This document shows, one piece after another, positions 1-9,500 of a stretch of DNA of 64,000 bases. Each line of letters opens with the position of its first letter. Position 1 is the first letter of the stretch. The DNA comes from Candidatus Levyibacteriota bacterium (lineage in GTDB: Bacteria > Patescibacteriota > Microgenomatia > Levybacterales > UBA12049): contig JACOXU010000001.1 of NCBI GenBank assembly GCA_016182185.1, forward strand, positions 207,251 through 271,250, read 5' to 3'. The notes beneath the pieces are model-generated. The model was not told where the DNA came from, searched no databases, and saw only the letters and a program-made list of their open reading frames with translations. A program made the position numbers and the translations under genes.

Positions 1-264
1 AAGAATTTCAGGAAGCACAACCTGTTCTTTAAGAGAATGCCAGAGGATATTTACCTTAACAATTTTAAATTTTAAATTTTTCCCCGCTTCGCCCAAGCTT
101 CGCGGGGCGAGAATTTTTAATTCAACCTGATCGTAATCTTGACGTCTTACAAACAGAATATACTGATTTTTTCGATCTACTTGCGCAAGCTGATCAATCA
201 AGTTACGGGTATATCTCCCAACTCCTGTCTGATTCCATAACCTGCAATCAATTCCAATTTTCAT
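1..264 (-). CDS. GT4-family glycosyltransferase, N-terminal part only; the gene runs off the left edge of the window
   Basis: Not in the ORF track because there is no stop in the window. A minus-strand ATG at 262-264 overlaps the stop of 261..1160 (ATGA). The open frame to position 1 reads MKIGIDCRLWNQTGVGRYTRNLIDQLAQVDRKNQYILFV..., the typical GT4 N-terminus. Confidence 0.55.
   Translation of the reverse strand, partial: MKIGIDCRLWNQTGVGRYTRNLIDQLAQVDRKNQYILFVRRQDYDQVELKILAPRSLGEAGKNLKFKIVKVNILWHSLKEQVVLPEIL
61..81. repeat. heptanucleotide tandem repeat (AATTTTA)x3 inside a coding sequence
   Basis: aatttta aatttta aattttt, encoding KNLKFKI on the minus strand. Confidence 0.7.
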
Positions 265-1160
265 TTTTGAATAGATGAAAGAGAAATCTTACGCTTAAAC
301 TCAATTACTGATAATATGAAGGAATTAAGAATTTTTGGGTATTTTTTTTCATAATGTTTTTTGTAAAAGATCCTCATAGCATTAAAACGAGCATTTGTCG
401 CTATCATTTTTGTTTGTAAATTTGCTGTAGATTTTCTTTCTGAATGTTTTTTGATTCCGCCTGAAATTCCTTTATGATGAAGTACGAAAACTTTTGGAAC
501 AAAATAAACTTTCCAGCCCTTCTCTTTAAGCCGGAAACAAAAATCTATGTCTTCTCCGTAAAAAAAATAATCCTCATCCCACCAATTTATCTCATCTCCT
601 GCTCTTCTTCTTACCATCATAAAAGCACCCACTACTGAATCGACTTCATGCTCAGTTGACAAATCAAGCCAGCCCATTGTATAGCCTGAAAATATTTTAC
701 TTTTTGGAAAAACTCTAGAAAAACCTGAAAAATAACAGAAAGAATTCCAGGGTGTAGGAAATCCCCGATGAGCCCCGTCATCAAGTTTCCCCGTTGGAAG
801 TCTTACAAAGCAGGTCGATACTCCTACATCGCTATGTTTATTCATAAAAGAAATCATATATGGCAATGTATTTTCATCAACCTGTGTATCTGGATTTAGA
901 AACAGAAGAAATTTTCCCTGTGATTTTCTGATGCCTATATTGTTTGCTTTTGAAAAACCAAAATTATCACTATTTTTTATTATGAAAACTTGTGGGAAAT
1001 GTTTTTTAACCTCTTCAACAGTACCGTCGGATGAAGCATTATCAACTAAAATAATCTCATAATTTCTTCTAGAAAGATCTGAGTTATAAATCGCGTCTAT
1101 GCATTGTTTTATGAATCCTTTTGTATTAAATGAGACAATAATTATTGAAAGCTCAATCAT
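261..1160 (-). CDS. GT2-family glycosyltransferase
   Basis: The N-terminus SIIIVSFNT...ILVDNASSDGT is typical of GT2, followed by the NPD/DxD region. It overlaps the next gene by 4 nt. Confidence 0.8.
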   Translation of the reverse strand: MIELSIIIVSFNTKGFIKQCIDAIYNSDLSRRNYEIILVDNASSDGTVEEVKKHFPQVFIIKNSDNFGFSKANNIGIRKSQGKFLLFLNPDTQVDENTLPYMISFMNKHSDVGVSTCFVRLPTGKLDDGAHRGFPTPWNSFCYFSGFSRVFPKSKIFSGYTMGWLDLSTEHEVDSVVGAFMMVRRRAGDEINWWDEDYFFYGEDIDFCFRLKEKGWKVYFVPKVFVLHHKGISGGIKKHSERKSTANLQTKMIATNARFNAMRIFYKKHYEKKYPKILNSFILSVIEFKRKISLSSIQK

Positions 1161-2353
1161 GATCTTAAAACGATCCTATATACATCTTCCAATTTCTTTG
1201 TAACCTTCTTCCAATCATATTTTTGCTCTACCAATTGCCTTGCATTTGCTGAAATCTTTTTATAAAACTCCTCATCGGTTACTAGTTTAATAATTTGATC
1301 TGCTATCTCTTTCTCGTTTTCTGAAACAATAATTTCTTTATCTTCAACTGCTCCGAGAGGGCCGGCTCCTAATCGGGTTGTAACAACAGGAACTCCTGAT
1401 GCCATTGCTTCAAGAATCTTATAACTTGACCCTCCACCGACTCTGATTGGCGAAAGTAAAAGGTCTACTTTCTGAAAGATAAGCGAAGTATCATCTGGAG
1501 CATTTTCATCGAAAAAAATATCACTACCGGCAAGTTTTTTTATATCATTATGAATATTTTTTCCAACTACCCACAATTTAACTTTTAATTTCTCACTTTT
1601 TACTTTTAACTTTATTGATGGCCAAATTTTCTCGATAATCCATTTTATTGCATCTCTATTCTGCACCCATTTAAAATCACCAATATATAGAATTGTTTTT
1701 TCGCCGCCAGTTTCTAAATCTGAACTTATGACTTTGAATTTTTCAAGGTCGACTCCGTTCGGGACAACTGCCGTATTCTCATTTTTTGGCTGCATCAAAT
1801 TTTTCTCTTCTTCTGAAACTGCTACGAGAAAATTTGCTTTTTCCCAGAATTTTTCTTCCTGTCTTTTTAACTTCAAGATATCAATATTTAATAATGGACG
1901 GGCGAAAAAAGGTGCCGTATTCGAATATCTTTTATAAACCATATATTCAATATTATGCTCAACTAAAACAATTGGAAGAGATGTCTCTGGTAAATTCTGC
2001 ATAATATAAGAGGTTTCAATATGGATCAAGTCAAATTTCTCTTTTTCTAAAAGATTTTTGATTTTTTGTTTCATTTCAGGACTGGTGTGTCCGGCAATAA
2101 GAAATGATGAAAAAGAAAAACCGGTCTTAAGAATATTATCTAATGACCACTGTTTTTTTCTTTTGACAGTAATCACTTCTTTACAAACATTAGTAACCTC
2201 ATCAACATCTTTTTGAGTCTGATAATCTCTTTTCTCACAAACTAGAGTAATTTGATGCGTTTTACTTAAATTTTTCAAAATATTATATAAGCGAATATGC
2301 CCGCCAGAAAAAAGAGGGTAGGGTAAGAACGACGAGACCATTAAAATCTTCAT
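1157..2353 (-). CDS. GT4-family glycosyltransferase
   Basis: Two-Rossmann GT4 layout with the C-terminal E(A)M..G.PVV motif (EAMASGVPVVTTRLGAGP). Confidence 0.8.
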   Translation of the reverse strand: MKILMVSSFLPYPLFSGGHIRLYNILKNLSKTHQITLVCEKRDYQTQKDVDEVTNVCKEVITVKRKKQWSLDNILKTGFSFSSFLIAGHTSPEMKQKIKNLLEKEKFDLIHIETSYIMQNLPETSLPIVLVEHNIEYMVYKRYSNTAPFFARPLLNIDILKLKRQEEKFWEKANFLVAVSEEEKNLMQPKNENTAVVPNGVDLEKFKVISSDLETGGEKTILYIGDFKWVQNRDAIKWIIEKIWPSIKLKVKSEKLKVKLWVVGKNIHNDIKKLAGSDIFFDENAPDDTSLIFQKVDLLLSPIRVGGGSSYKILEAMASGVPVVTTRLGAGPLGAVEDKEIIVSENEKEIADQIIKLVTDEEFYKKISANARQLVEQKYDWKKVTKKLEDVYRIVLRS

Positions 2354-3795
2354 GGTTTTTGGTGAAGATCAACCAAAATATAATCAGGAGTTGAAGAAAT
2401 AATTTTATAAGTTTCACCAATATCATCTCCTGTCGGATTAACAATCACCAAATAATCTGCACCCATCATTATCATTTTGGGTAATTCTTCCTGAAAGCTT
2501 GCCCAGCCCTGCCTATTTATTTGATATAAAAATGCTGTGTCTCCATCATATGGAGCAATAACTTTTGCGTCTTTAGGAATCAAATTATTTACTGCTTGAC
2601 CCGCCCGTACTATGGCCGGATTATTTATGTTATAGTAATCTCGAATACTCTGCCAGGAAAAAGCAAACATAAATAGCGCACAAACAGCAAATAGCAATAA
2701 ACCAAAACCACGTCTTATAAGTGAACTGTTTAATTTAAGTAAATATTCACTACCTAAAGCCAAGAAGATAACCAAGCTTGGAACTATAGGAATTTGATAA
2801 TAATCATGATGGACATTTCCACCGGCGACTACAAAAATATAAATAAGAGATGAGATAACAAAAGAAAGAAAAAATAAGTGCTCCTTGATTTTAACTTTTT
2901 GAATCAAGCCCAAAACAAAAAGCGGAAGCCCCCAAGATCCCAAAATTAAAGTCGCTATTCTTTTTTCAAATATCCAGGAGAAAAATGCACCTTTAAATCG
3001 TATATTATTCATATTAAACAGCCAATCGCTTCGAGGAATTCCTTCAGGATTTTGGATAATCCATATTCGCCAAAGAATAAGGGGGTAGATAGAAAAAATT
3101 AAAAAAATCCATAATTGCCATTTTTTTAAAAAACTCAATCCTAACTTGTTCAAAGCAAGAACAAATAACGGTAGTGTAAAAAATAAGGCAAATGGTTTAA
3201 GAAGAAATGACGAAGCAATCAGAATTAAAGATAGAATGAATCTGAAATCATAAATCTTAAGTTTTGAATTTTTTTCAAGCCATAAATCAAAAAAATAAAT
3301 ACCTCCAAGCAAAGTCATAAGCATCATGGCGTCAGGTAAAATCGTTCTGCTATAATAAACGTTATAAGGAAGAAATATAAAAAAGAACAAAGCCAACATT
3401 CCTGCAAAATTATTCTGGTATTTTTTAACAATTAGATACATGAAGATGGCAGCAAGAAGAGAAGAGAAAATCGAAACCAGTCTTCCCCATTGTTCAATCG
3501 TAAATATTCCAAATATTTTAAAAAGTCCGGCTTGAATAATATTATATATCGGAAATTCCACAAAACGATACCCATTTGGATTGTCATAGAAATTTGAGGG
3601 CACATTTGAGAGATCGTCAAACCGAGGATATAAAACATAAAAGCCGTATTTAATAAAATTCCTAGAAACTGCCGATGTATCTGCTTGTCGCCAGCTATGC
3701 CAGTCTGCTACTGGATTATTGAATTTATAAAGCCTTAATACAAAACCTAGTATTAAAATAGAAATTAAAAGAAAAAATTCTTTTTTTTTCATCAA
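2350..3795 (-). CDS. polytopic membrane glycosyltransferase, GT-C fold (ArnT/PMT, GT39/GT83-like)
   Basis: About 12 predicted TM helices. The first loop carries VADWHSWRQADT, which resembles the ArnT/PMT_2 aspartate-containing loop. Confidence 0.55.
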   Translation of the reverse strand: MMKKKEFFLLISILILGFVLRLYKFNNPVADWHSWRQADTSAVSRNFIKYGFYVLYPRFDDLSNVPSNFYDNPNGYRFVEFPIYNIIQAGLFKIFGIFTIEQWGRLVSIFSSLLAAIFMYLIVKKYQNNFAGMLALFFFIFLPYNVYYSRTILPDAMMLMTLLGGIYFFDLWLEKNSKLKIYDFRFILSLILIASSFLLKPFALFFTLPLFVLALNKLGLSFLKKWQLWIFLIFSIYPLILWRIWIIQNPEGIPRSDWLFNMNNIRFKGAFFSWIFEKRIATLILGSWGLPLFVLGLIQKVKIKEHLFFLSFVISSLIYIFVVAGGNVHHDYYQIPIVPSLVIFLALGSEYLLKLNSSLIRRGFGLLLFAVCALFMFAFSWQSIRDYYNINNPAIVRAGQAVNNLIPKDAKVIAPYDGDTAFLYQINRQGWASFQEELPKMIMMGADYLVIVNPTGDDIGETYKIISSTPDYILVDLHQKP

Positions 3796-3798
3796 ATA

Positions 3799-6700
3799 TC
3801 AAATATTTAGGGGAGTAATTTCTCCATGAATATTCTTAATCCACTCAACCAAAGTTCCATCCTCATTGAATTTGAACACTCTCCCGTTTGGTTCACTCAT
3901 TATAGCAAAAGCTTCATCCACTGATTTAACGATATTGACTTTTATATTTTTACCGGGAAAAAGAAGCCATGTCGCATCCTCAAGACCTACCGGGAAAATC
4001 CATGCCTCGCCTTCCCTAATTGGAACATCAACGAAATATAAAGTTGATGCCTCAGAAACACCATAATGAACGTAAGCATTTTCTAAAGATGAAAGAAAAC
4101 TTTTAGATTTTTGACCTGCTCTTTGCCAATCTGTTTGGGTTTTTTGAAACTGAAAAAGCTGAATTGATAAAAAAAATACTGCTATCAGTGCAAAAATAGA
4201 AATTGTAATTTGCCTATCTTTGACATAAAGAAACTTAAAAAGCTTTACGAGAAAGAATGAAAGAAGAAGAGATATTCCAAAAGAAGCAAGATAGCTGTAC
4301 CTTGATGTGATATTTCCTAGTCCTAAAAACGGTAGGAGAGACACAATAAAAAATAGAATCGAAAAGACTAAAATTCTTTTTTCATTATTTTCCAATTTTC
4401 TAAATAAAAATCTATAGAATAAAATAAATATTAATAATAAAACCACCAATGATAAAAAGGCAAATGGAATGTTCGCCCGTAAAAGTGACCTGAGTCCTTC
4501 ATAAAAATTTAAAGAAAAAGAACCAAAAAGTATAAGAATAAAATAGCCAAGAATATTACCAAAAAAATTAAAAGGAAGTTTCAGAAGATTATAATTATAG
4601 TCTCCGCTTAGCCAGTGACTTTGAGATAATAATCTTAGCAGTAAATAAGGTAAGACTGGGAAAAATAATATATAGTAATAAAGTTTGCTAAATAGAGATT
4701 TCAATATAATTTTTTCTTGAAAAATCAAATCATAAAAAATAATCAGTAGTGGAGCAATAATTCCCAGTTCATGAAAAAGTAAGCTTATTATGATTGATAC
4801 AAAAGAAAGAGCAAAATAAAATATTTTTTTATTTTCGCGCCACAAGATAAAAGACAATAACGCCAGGAGAATAAACGTAATGTTAAATAAATGTCCTGTT
4901 GCGGCAATCCAGAAAATCGCCTCTGTATATCCGCTTAGGAAAATAAAAATCAATACAGAAATTACAGACAAATAATAATTTTTAAATATTTTTCTTGAAA
5001 TCAGAAAAAAGAGAACTATATTCAGAAGATGAAGAACGATTGAGACAAAGTGGTAAACTGTTTGATTCAACCAGAATAAATTTTGCATTAAATAAAAATA
5101 AAGTTTTGTTCCCGGCCGGTAAAAAAACCCATTGGCTTTTGTGAAGTACTCGCTAACTATTGCAAGGGGGTTACAATTTATACAATCAGTAGCCCAACGA
5201 AGCCAAGTAAAATCGTCGCCAACGAAATAGTAACTTATGGCACCAGCAAATAATATAAATCCTGCCGTAATTAAGTAGATAATAAATGCATAGGGAGAAA
5301 TTAATATTTTTTTAATCTCACTAACTGTATCTATTTCTTTTTTCTTATAAAGAGCCAGACCTCCGATTACTATTCCCATAATAAGCCAATAAGAAAAAGC
5401 AATTTTTGATGCTTCAAAAACATCGATAAATATTGCGTTTAGGAAAAGACCTACGGATCCTGCAATAAATCCAATGATAAAACTTTTTACCGGCCCTGAA
5501 TCAATATCAGGCAAAATCTTCTTAATATATATGGCGGAAATTAGAAAAATTATTAGAAAAGAAAGAAAACCGATAAGACCTGATTCGCCCAATATTCTTA
5601 AATAATCATTGTCAACTGCAAGACTTACCGATCCATAGCCGCTTCCCAAAAAAATATTTCTTTTGAAGGCCGCAAGCGTATTGGGCCACTCGCCTTGAAA
5701 CCTAGTTGTAAATGAAATGTCATAAGCTTTGGCATTTTTTATAACGAAATCTCCGAAGACGGCTCGAATCTCTCCTTGTCCTTCAGGTTCTTTGTCGCTG
5801 GCTTTTTCAAAGAAATAAAGATGGGAAGTTTTGATAACGGGCGAGAGTGAAAGATTTATATAGCTTGATCCTTGAGGCAAGCTTTCTCCGTTTGGTTTAT
5901 TTGACTCTACAATTAATTGTGATTGAGGAGGTATTTTTTCAAATGGGAATACCGCAGAAGAAGTAGTATTTTTCTTATCAACTTCTGAGATTGGCTGAAT
6001 AAAAACGATTCTGTTTTTAAAATATGATGCTGGTACTTCCTTAATATGTCCGATTGCCTGTCCTGTTTTCGTATCTACCAAAACATCTACTTTCCCAACT
6101 GTGCTTGCAAAACGAGACAACAGGCTTGGAGCCAGTATTACAAAGACAGATATGAGTAAGATCAAAGAGATAACTGCCAGTTTTTTCTTTTGTATAATTA
6201 TTACGATTAAAAGGGCGATTAAAAGTACAGCAAAAGATATACGTGAAACAGTCATAAACATCAAAATAAAACCTAATGAAGCAGAAATTAGAAAAAAGAT
6301 CCGAAGCAATATTTTTTTAAAACCAAATATAGCGCTTACAATAATTGGAACAACAAGTACCAAATATGCTGCGAGATCATAGTGACCAGCAAAAGTTGAG
6401 GGCACACGACCAAGCGTTGAAATCCGAAGAGGAATACCCTTGGCGAACTCTTCATTTCCAGTAAGAAAGGCTGGAAACCCGAGGAATTTTTGACCAAACC
6501 CATATAATGAAGCAAGAATAACTATAATTCCTAGAAGTATAGGAATATATTGTAATAATTTCTTATCTCGCATTCCTGAAAAAGCTACAAAGAATAAAAA
6601 CATATACTCAATTCTCCGAATAAAGCTTAAAATTGCAACATTTGAAAAAACATTTGATAGTGTGGGAAAAAGAATTAATACTCCATGAAGAGTTGATATC

Positions 6701-6945
6701 CCGCCAATAATCCAAAAGAGAATTATAGGTAAAGTCAGGGGCGTTTTGAAACTAATTTTATTTTTCAAAAGTAAAATAAACCAGACAATAATTGTCGACA
6801 AGACTACAAAATCTTCAAGTCGGACATACGCCCACGTATTTCTCACATCGATTAAGGGAAGTTTTGGATAAAGAGGGATAAAAGCAAAAAGTGCCAAGGT
6901 AATTAAATATAAAATATTATCTTTTATAAAGGTAAAAAACTTCAT
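3799..6945 (-). CDS. fusion of an O-antigen ligase/polymerase-like (Wzy_C) domain and a GT-C-like membrane domain, 1048 aa
   Basis: The N-terminal half has Wzy_C-like motifs (RVPSTFAGHYDLAAYLVLVVP, TVSRISF, GSGYGS...DNDYLRILGESGLIGF) with a large inserted periplasmic loop. The C-terminal half is a second multi-TM domain (YYFVGDDFTWLRW) plus a soluble tail. Confidence 0.5.
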   Translation of the reverse strand: MKFFTFIKDNILYLITLALFAFIPLYPKLPLIDVRNTWAYVRLEDFVVLSTIIVWFILLLKNKISFKTPLTLPIILFWIIGGISTLHGVLILFPTLSNVFSNVAILSFIRRIEYMFLFFVAFSGMRDKKLLQYIPILLGIIVILASLYGFGQKFLGFPAFLTGNEEFAKGIPLRISTLGRVPSTFAGHYDLAAYLVLVVPIIVSAIFGFKKILLRIFFLISASLGFILMFMTVSRISFAVLLIALLIVIIIQKKKLAVISLILLISVFVILAPSLLSRFASTVGKVDVLVDTKTGQAIGHIKEVPASYFKNRIVFIQPISEVDKKNTTSSAVFPFEKIPPQSQLIVESNKPNGESLPQGSSYINLSLSPVIKTSHLYFFEKASDKEPEGQGEIRAVFGDFVIKNAKAYDISFTTRFQGEWPNTLAAFKRNIFLGSGYGSVSLAVDNDYLRILGESGLIGFLSFLIIFLISAIYIKKILPDIDSGPVKSFIIGFIAGSVGLFLNAIFIDVFEASKIAFSYWLIMGIVIGGLALYKKKEIDTVSEIKKILISPYAFIIYLITAGFILFAGAISYYFVGDDFTWLRWATDCINCNPLAIVSEYFTKANGFFYRPGTKLYFYLMQNLFWLNQTVYHFVSIVLHLLNIVLFFLISRKIFKNYYLSVISVLIFIFLSGYTEAIFWIAATGHLFNITFILLALLSFILWRENKKIFYFALSFVSIIISLLFHELGIIAPLLIIFYDLIFQEKIILKSLFSKLYYYILFFPVLPYLLLRLLSQSHWLSGDYNYNLLKLPFNFFGNILGYFILILFGSFSLNFYEGLRSLLRANIPFAFLSLVVLLLIFILFYRFLFRKLENNEKRILVFSILFFIVSLLPFLGLGNITSRYSYLASFGISLLLSFFLVKLFKFLYVKDRQITISIFALIAVFFLSIQLFQFQKTQTDWQRAGQKSKSFLSSLENAYVHYGVSEASTLYFVDVPIREGEAWIFPVGLEDATWLLFPGKNIKVNIVKSVDEAFAIMSEPNGRVFKFNEDGTLVEWIKNIHGEITPLNI

Positions 6946-6946
6946 A

Positions 6947-7822
6947 TTAAAACTTAAGTGCCTGCTTGTAGGTTTTCTTAAGATATTTATTTCCTGTAAT
7001 TATTCCAATTATAAATGCCGCAAATGCTTTTGTATTAAGTAATATTTTGACCAAATTATATTCCCAGAAACTTTTATGTTTCTTGTAAAAATACAATATC
7101 CCTTTATAAATATTTAATATGGCAAAGGTTTTATTTCCACTTCCCCTTTCTGTATGTAAAAGCTTTAAGTTAGGAAAAAAATAAGTATCAAATCCAAATT
7201 TTTTAGCTCTGAAACATAATTCTACATCATCCATATACATAAATATATTTTCATCAAATCCTTTAATTTTTTCAAAAACATCTCTTCTTATCATCATGCA
7301 GGCACCGCTCACCCAATCTACTTTTGTAATTATGGAAGGGTTTACTCGCACCAGTCCAAATCTTTCTCCTCCTATCAACATGATGACTAAATTGAAAAGA
7401 TTATAAAATTTACCTGCCGACAATTGAGAAGAACCATTTATATTGGTAAGTTTTCCTCCTAAAATTCCAGCACCGGTATTTTTCTCTAAAAATTCGATCA
7501 TGTTTAAAAAATTACGATCCTTCACTTCCGTATCCGAGTTTAGAAACAAAATATACTTACCGCCTGCAGTTTTGGCAGCTATGTTATTTCCTTTGCTAAA
7601 ACCGTAGTTTTCTTTATTTCCGACAATGTTTAAATTTGGGATTTGAAATTTAGGATCTGAGACTTCATTTAAAGTTCCATCTGTTGAAGCATTATCAGCA
7701 AGAATTATTTCAAAATCACCCATTTCAAGCTCTTTCCTGTACTGTTTTATTAACGACTGAATGCAATTAAGGGTTAATTCTTTTGTATTATACGAGAGGA
7801 TAATAATAGACAATTTAACCAT
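6947..7822 (-). CDS. GT2-family glycosyltransferase
   Basis: LSIIILSYNT...ILADNASTDGT and the rest of the GT2-A fold motifs. Confidence 0.8.
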   Translation of the reverse strand: MVKLSIIILSYNTKELTLNCIQSLIKQYRKELEMGDFEIILADNASTDGTLNEVSDPKFQIPNLNIVGNKENYGFSKGNNIAAKTAGGKYILFLNSDTEVKDRNFLNMIEFLEKNTGAGILGGKLTNINGSSQLSAGKFYNLFNLVIMLIGGERFGLVRVNPSIITKVDWVSGACMMIRRDVFEKIKGFDENIFMYMDDVELCFRAKKFGFDTYFFPNLKLLHTERGSGNKTFAILNIYKGILYFYKKHKSFWEYNLVKILLNTKAFAAFIIGIITGNKYLKKTYKQALKF

Positions 7823-7823
7823 C

Positions 7824-8375
7824 TTATCTAAACCAAGCTGCTCTACCCAGTTTGTAATTTAACTCTTTGTTTCTTTTTCCGATTTCTTTGGCGGGAACTC
7901 CACCGACTATTGTGAACTCTTCGACATCCTTTGTAACCACAGCTCCAGCTCCCACGACTGCTCCCTTTTTAATCTTTACTCCAGGCAAAATAATTGTCCT
8001 AGGTCCTACGAAAACATAATCTTCTATAGTTACCGGTGCTGTTATAGCGTGAAAATCAACGCTTTGTACATCATGCTGGGCATTATAAATCATAACCTCC
8101 GAAGCAATATCAACATGATTTCCTATAATAAGAGCGTCTCTTCCATCCAGAACCGTGCCTTCTCCTATAATCGAATCTTCACCTATCTTTATATTCTTAG
8201 GGTCATAAAAAACTGCGCCCATGTGAACAGCTGACCCTTTTCCAATGCTTAATCCTGAAATTCTGTAGAAAAATCTTCTGACATGATGAGACGGAATAAA
8301 ACCTACAACTCGCAATATAAAATTAATAAGTTCCGTAAGTATCGTATATAATCTCTTGAAAATTTTTCCAATCAT
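7824..8375 (-). CDS. hexapeptide-repeat (left-handed beta-helix) sugar O-acetyltransferase
   Basis: Tandem [LIV]G..xx hexapeptide repeats (IGEDSIIGEGTVLDG...IGNHVDIASEVMI...VGPRTIILPGVKIKKGAVVGAGAVV). Confidence 0.75.
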   Translation of the reverse strand: MIGKIFKRLYTILTELINFILRVVGFIPSHHVRRFFYRISGLSIGKGSAVHMGAVFYDPKNIKIGEDSIIGEGTVLDGRDALIIGNHVDIASEVMIYNAQHDVQSVDFHAITAPVTIEDYVFVGPRTIILPGVKIKKGAVVGAGAVVTKDVEEFTIVGGVPAKEIGKRNKELNYKLGRAAWFR

Positions 8376-9499
8376 ATACTTTCAAGTGCCTTCAATGTTT
8401 CCCTTGCTGTTTTTTCCCAAGAGAATTTTTTGACTTGTTCATAGCCTTTCGTAGCTAGTTCTCTACGAAGATCTAAGTCCTCAATAATTTTTTTTAAATT
8501 TTTCGTAATCTCTTCCACATTTTCAGGATTAAAATAAATAGCCGCTTGTCCCCCTGCTTCAGGCAGACTTGAGATATTACTGGTCAAAACCGGACATCCA
8601 TATTTCATGGCCTCAAGAATTGGTAATCCGAATCCCTCATAAAGACTAGGCAATACAAAACAAATGGCATTTTTGTAAAAATTTGGAAGCTCATCATCCG
8701 GAATTTCATGTAAAAATTTAACTCTTTTTTCTACATCAAATTTTTCAGGGGCCACAAGAATTTCTTCCCACATCCAGCCCTTTCTGCCTACAATTACTAA
8801 TTCAACATCTGTCTTAAGCTTTGAAAAAGCTTCTATAAGTCTTACAATATTTTTCCTTGGCTGAATTGTACCGACAAATAAAATGTAAGGGTTATTAATT
8901 CCGTATTTTTTCTTTAAATCTTCCATATTTTGAGATTTGAGATTTGAGATTTGAGATTTTATACCCGGATATGTAACTATGATTTTTTCGCTGGGTATTT
9001 TATATAAATTGATTATATCATCTTTGGAAGCTTGGCTTATGGTAAAAATTCGCTTGGCTTTTTTGATGGAATACCTTCCCCAGTATTTAAGTTGAATAAA
9101 GTCTTTCCCTTTAAAAAGTTGAGGGAAATGTAGATAAGAAAGGTCTAAAATTGAAATTGCGGACGGGATAGACGTAAAAAGAGGAAGATAATGGGTGGGT
9201 GTAAAAAAAATATCAGGTTTTGAATTTCCCAATATTAGCTCAAAAGACAAACCAAACATTGTCCATAATTTCCGGGGTTTTACTATTTTATAATTCCAAT
9301 TTTCTGATTCTTGAGGCATATCTGAAGCAGGATTGTCTGGAATATAAATAATGTAGTTATTTTTTTTGTCAATTTCATTAAAATTCAAAAGAAGCTCGAA
9401 GCAGTATTGTCCGCTTCCAACTCTGTTTGGCAAACCTGTTTTTGGATCGTATCCGAATCTCGACACAACAGCTTCAAAACCATTTATTCCAATTGTCAT
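8372..9499 (-). CDS. GT4-family glycosyltransferase; its interdomain linker contains a heptanucleotide repeat
   Basis: GT4 N-domain (MTIGINGFE...) and C-domain (ILFVGTIQPRKN...EAMKYGCPVLTSN). The linker KSQISNLKSQN is encoded by (TTTGAGA)x4 at 8929-8956. Confidence 0.8.
   Translation of the reverse strand: MTIGINGFEAVVSRFGYDPKTGLPNRVGSGQYCFELLLNFNEIDKKNNYIIYIPDNPASDMPQESENWNYKIVKPRKLWTMFGLSFELILGNSKPDIFFTPTHYLPLFTSIPSAISILDLSYLHFPQLFKGKDFIQLKYWGRYSIKKAKRIFTISQASKDDIINLYKIPSEKIIVTYPGIKSQISNLKSQNMEDLKKKYGINNPYILFVGTIQPRKNIVRLIEAFSKLKTDVELVIVGRKGWMWEEILVAPEKFDVEKRVKFLHEIPDDELPNFYKNAICFVLPSLYEGFGLPILEAMKYGCPVLTSNISSLPEAGGQAAIYFNPENVEEITKNLKKIIEDLDLRRELATKGYEQVKKFSWEKTARETLKALESI
8929..8960. repeat. 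heptanucleotide tandem repeat (TTTGAGA)x4.4 inside a GT4 coding sequence
   Basis: tttgaga x4 followed by tttt. The 7-nt unit is not a multiple of 3. Confidence 0.85.
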
Positions 9500-9500
9500 A

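Noticed and set aside
82-109. A GC-rich imperfect palindrome (ccccgcttcgcccaagcttcgcggggcg) followed by a T-run, which looks like an intrinsic terminator in an otherwise AT-rich sequence
   Set aside because: It lies in-frame inside the partial GT4 coding sequence on the minus strand (encoding LAPRSLGEAGK). On that strand it is not followed by a U-tract at a gene end.
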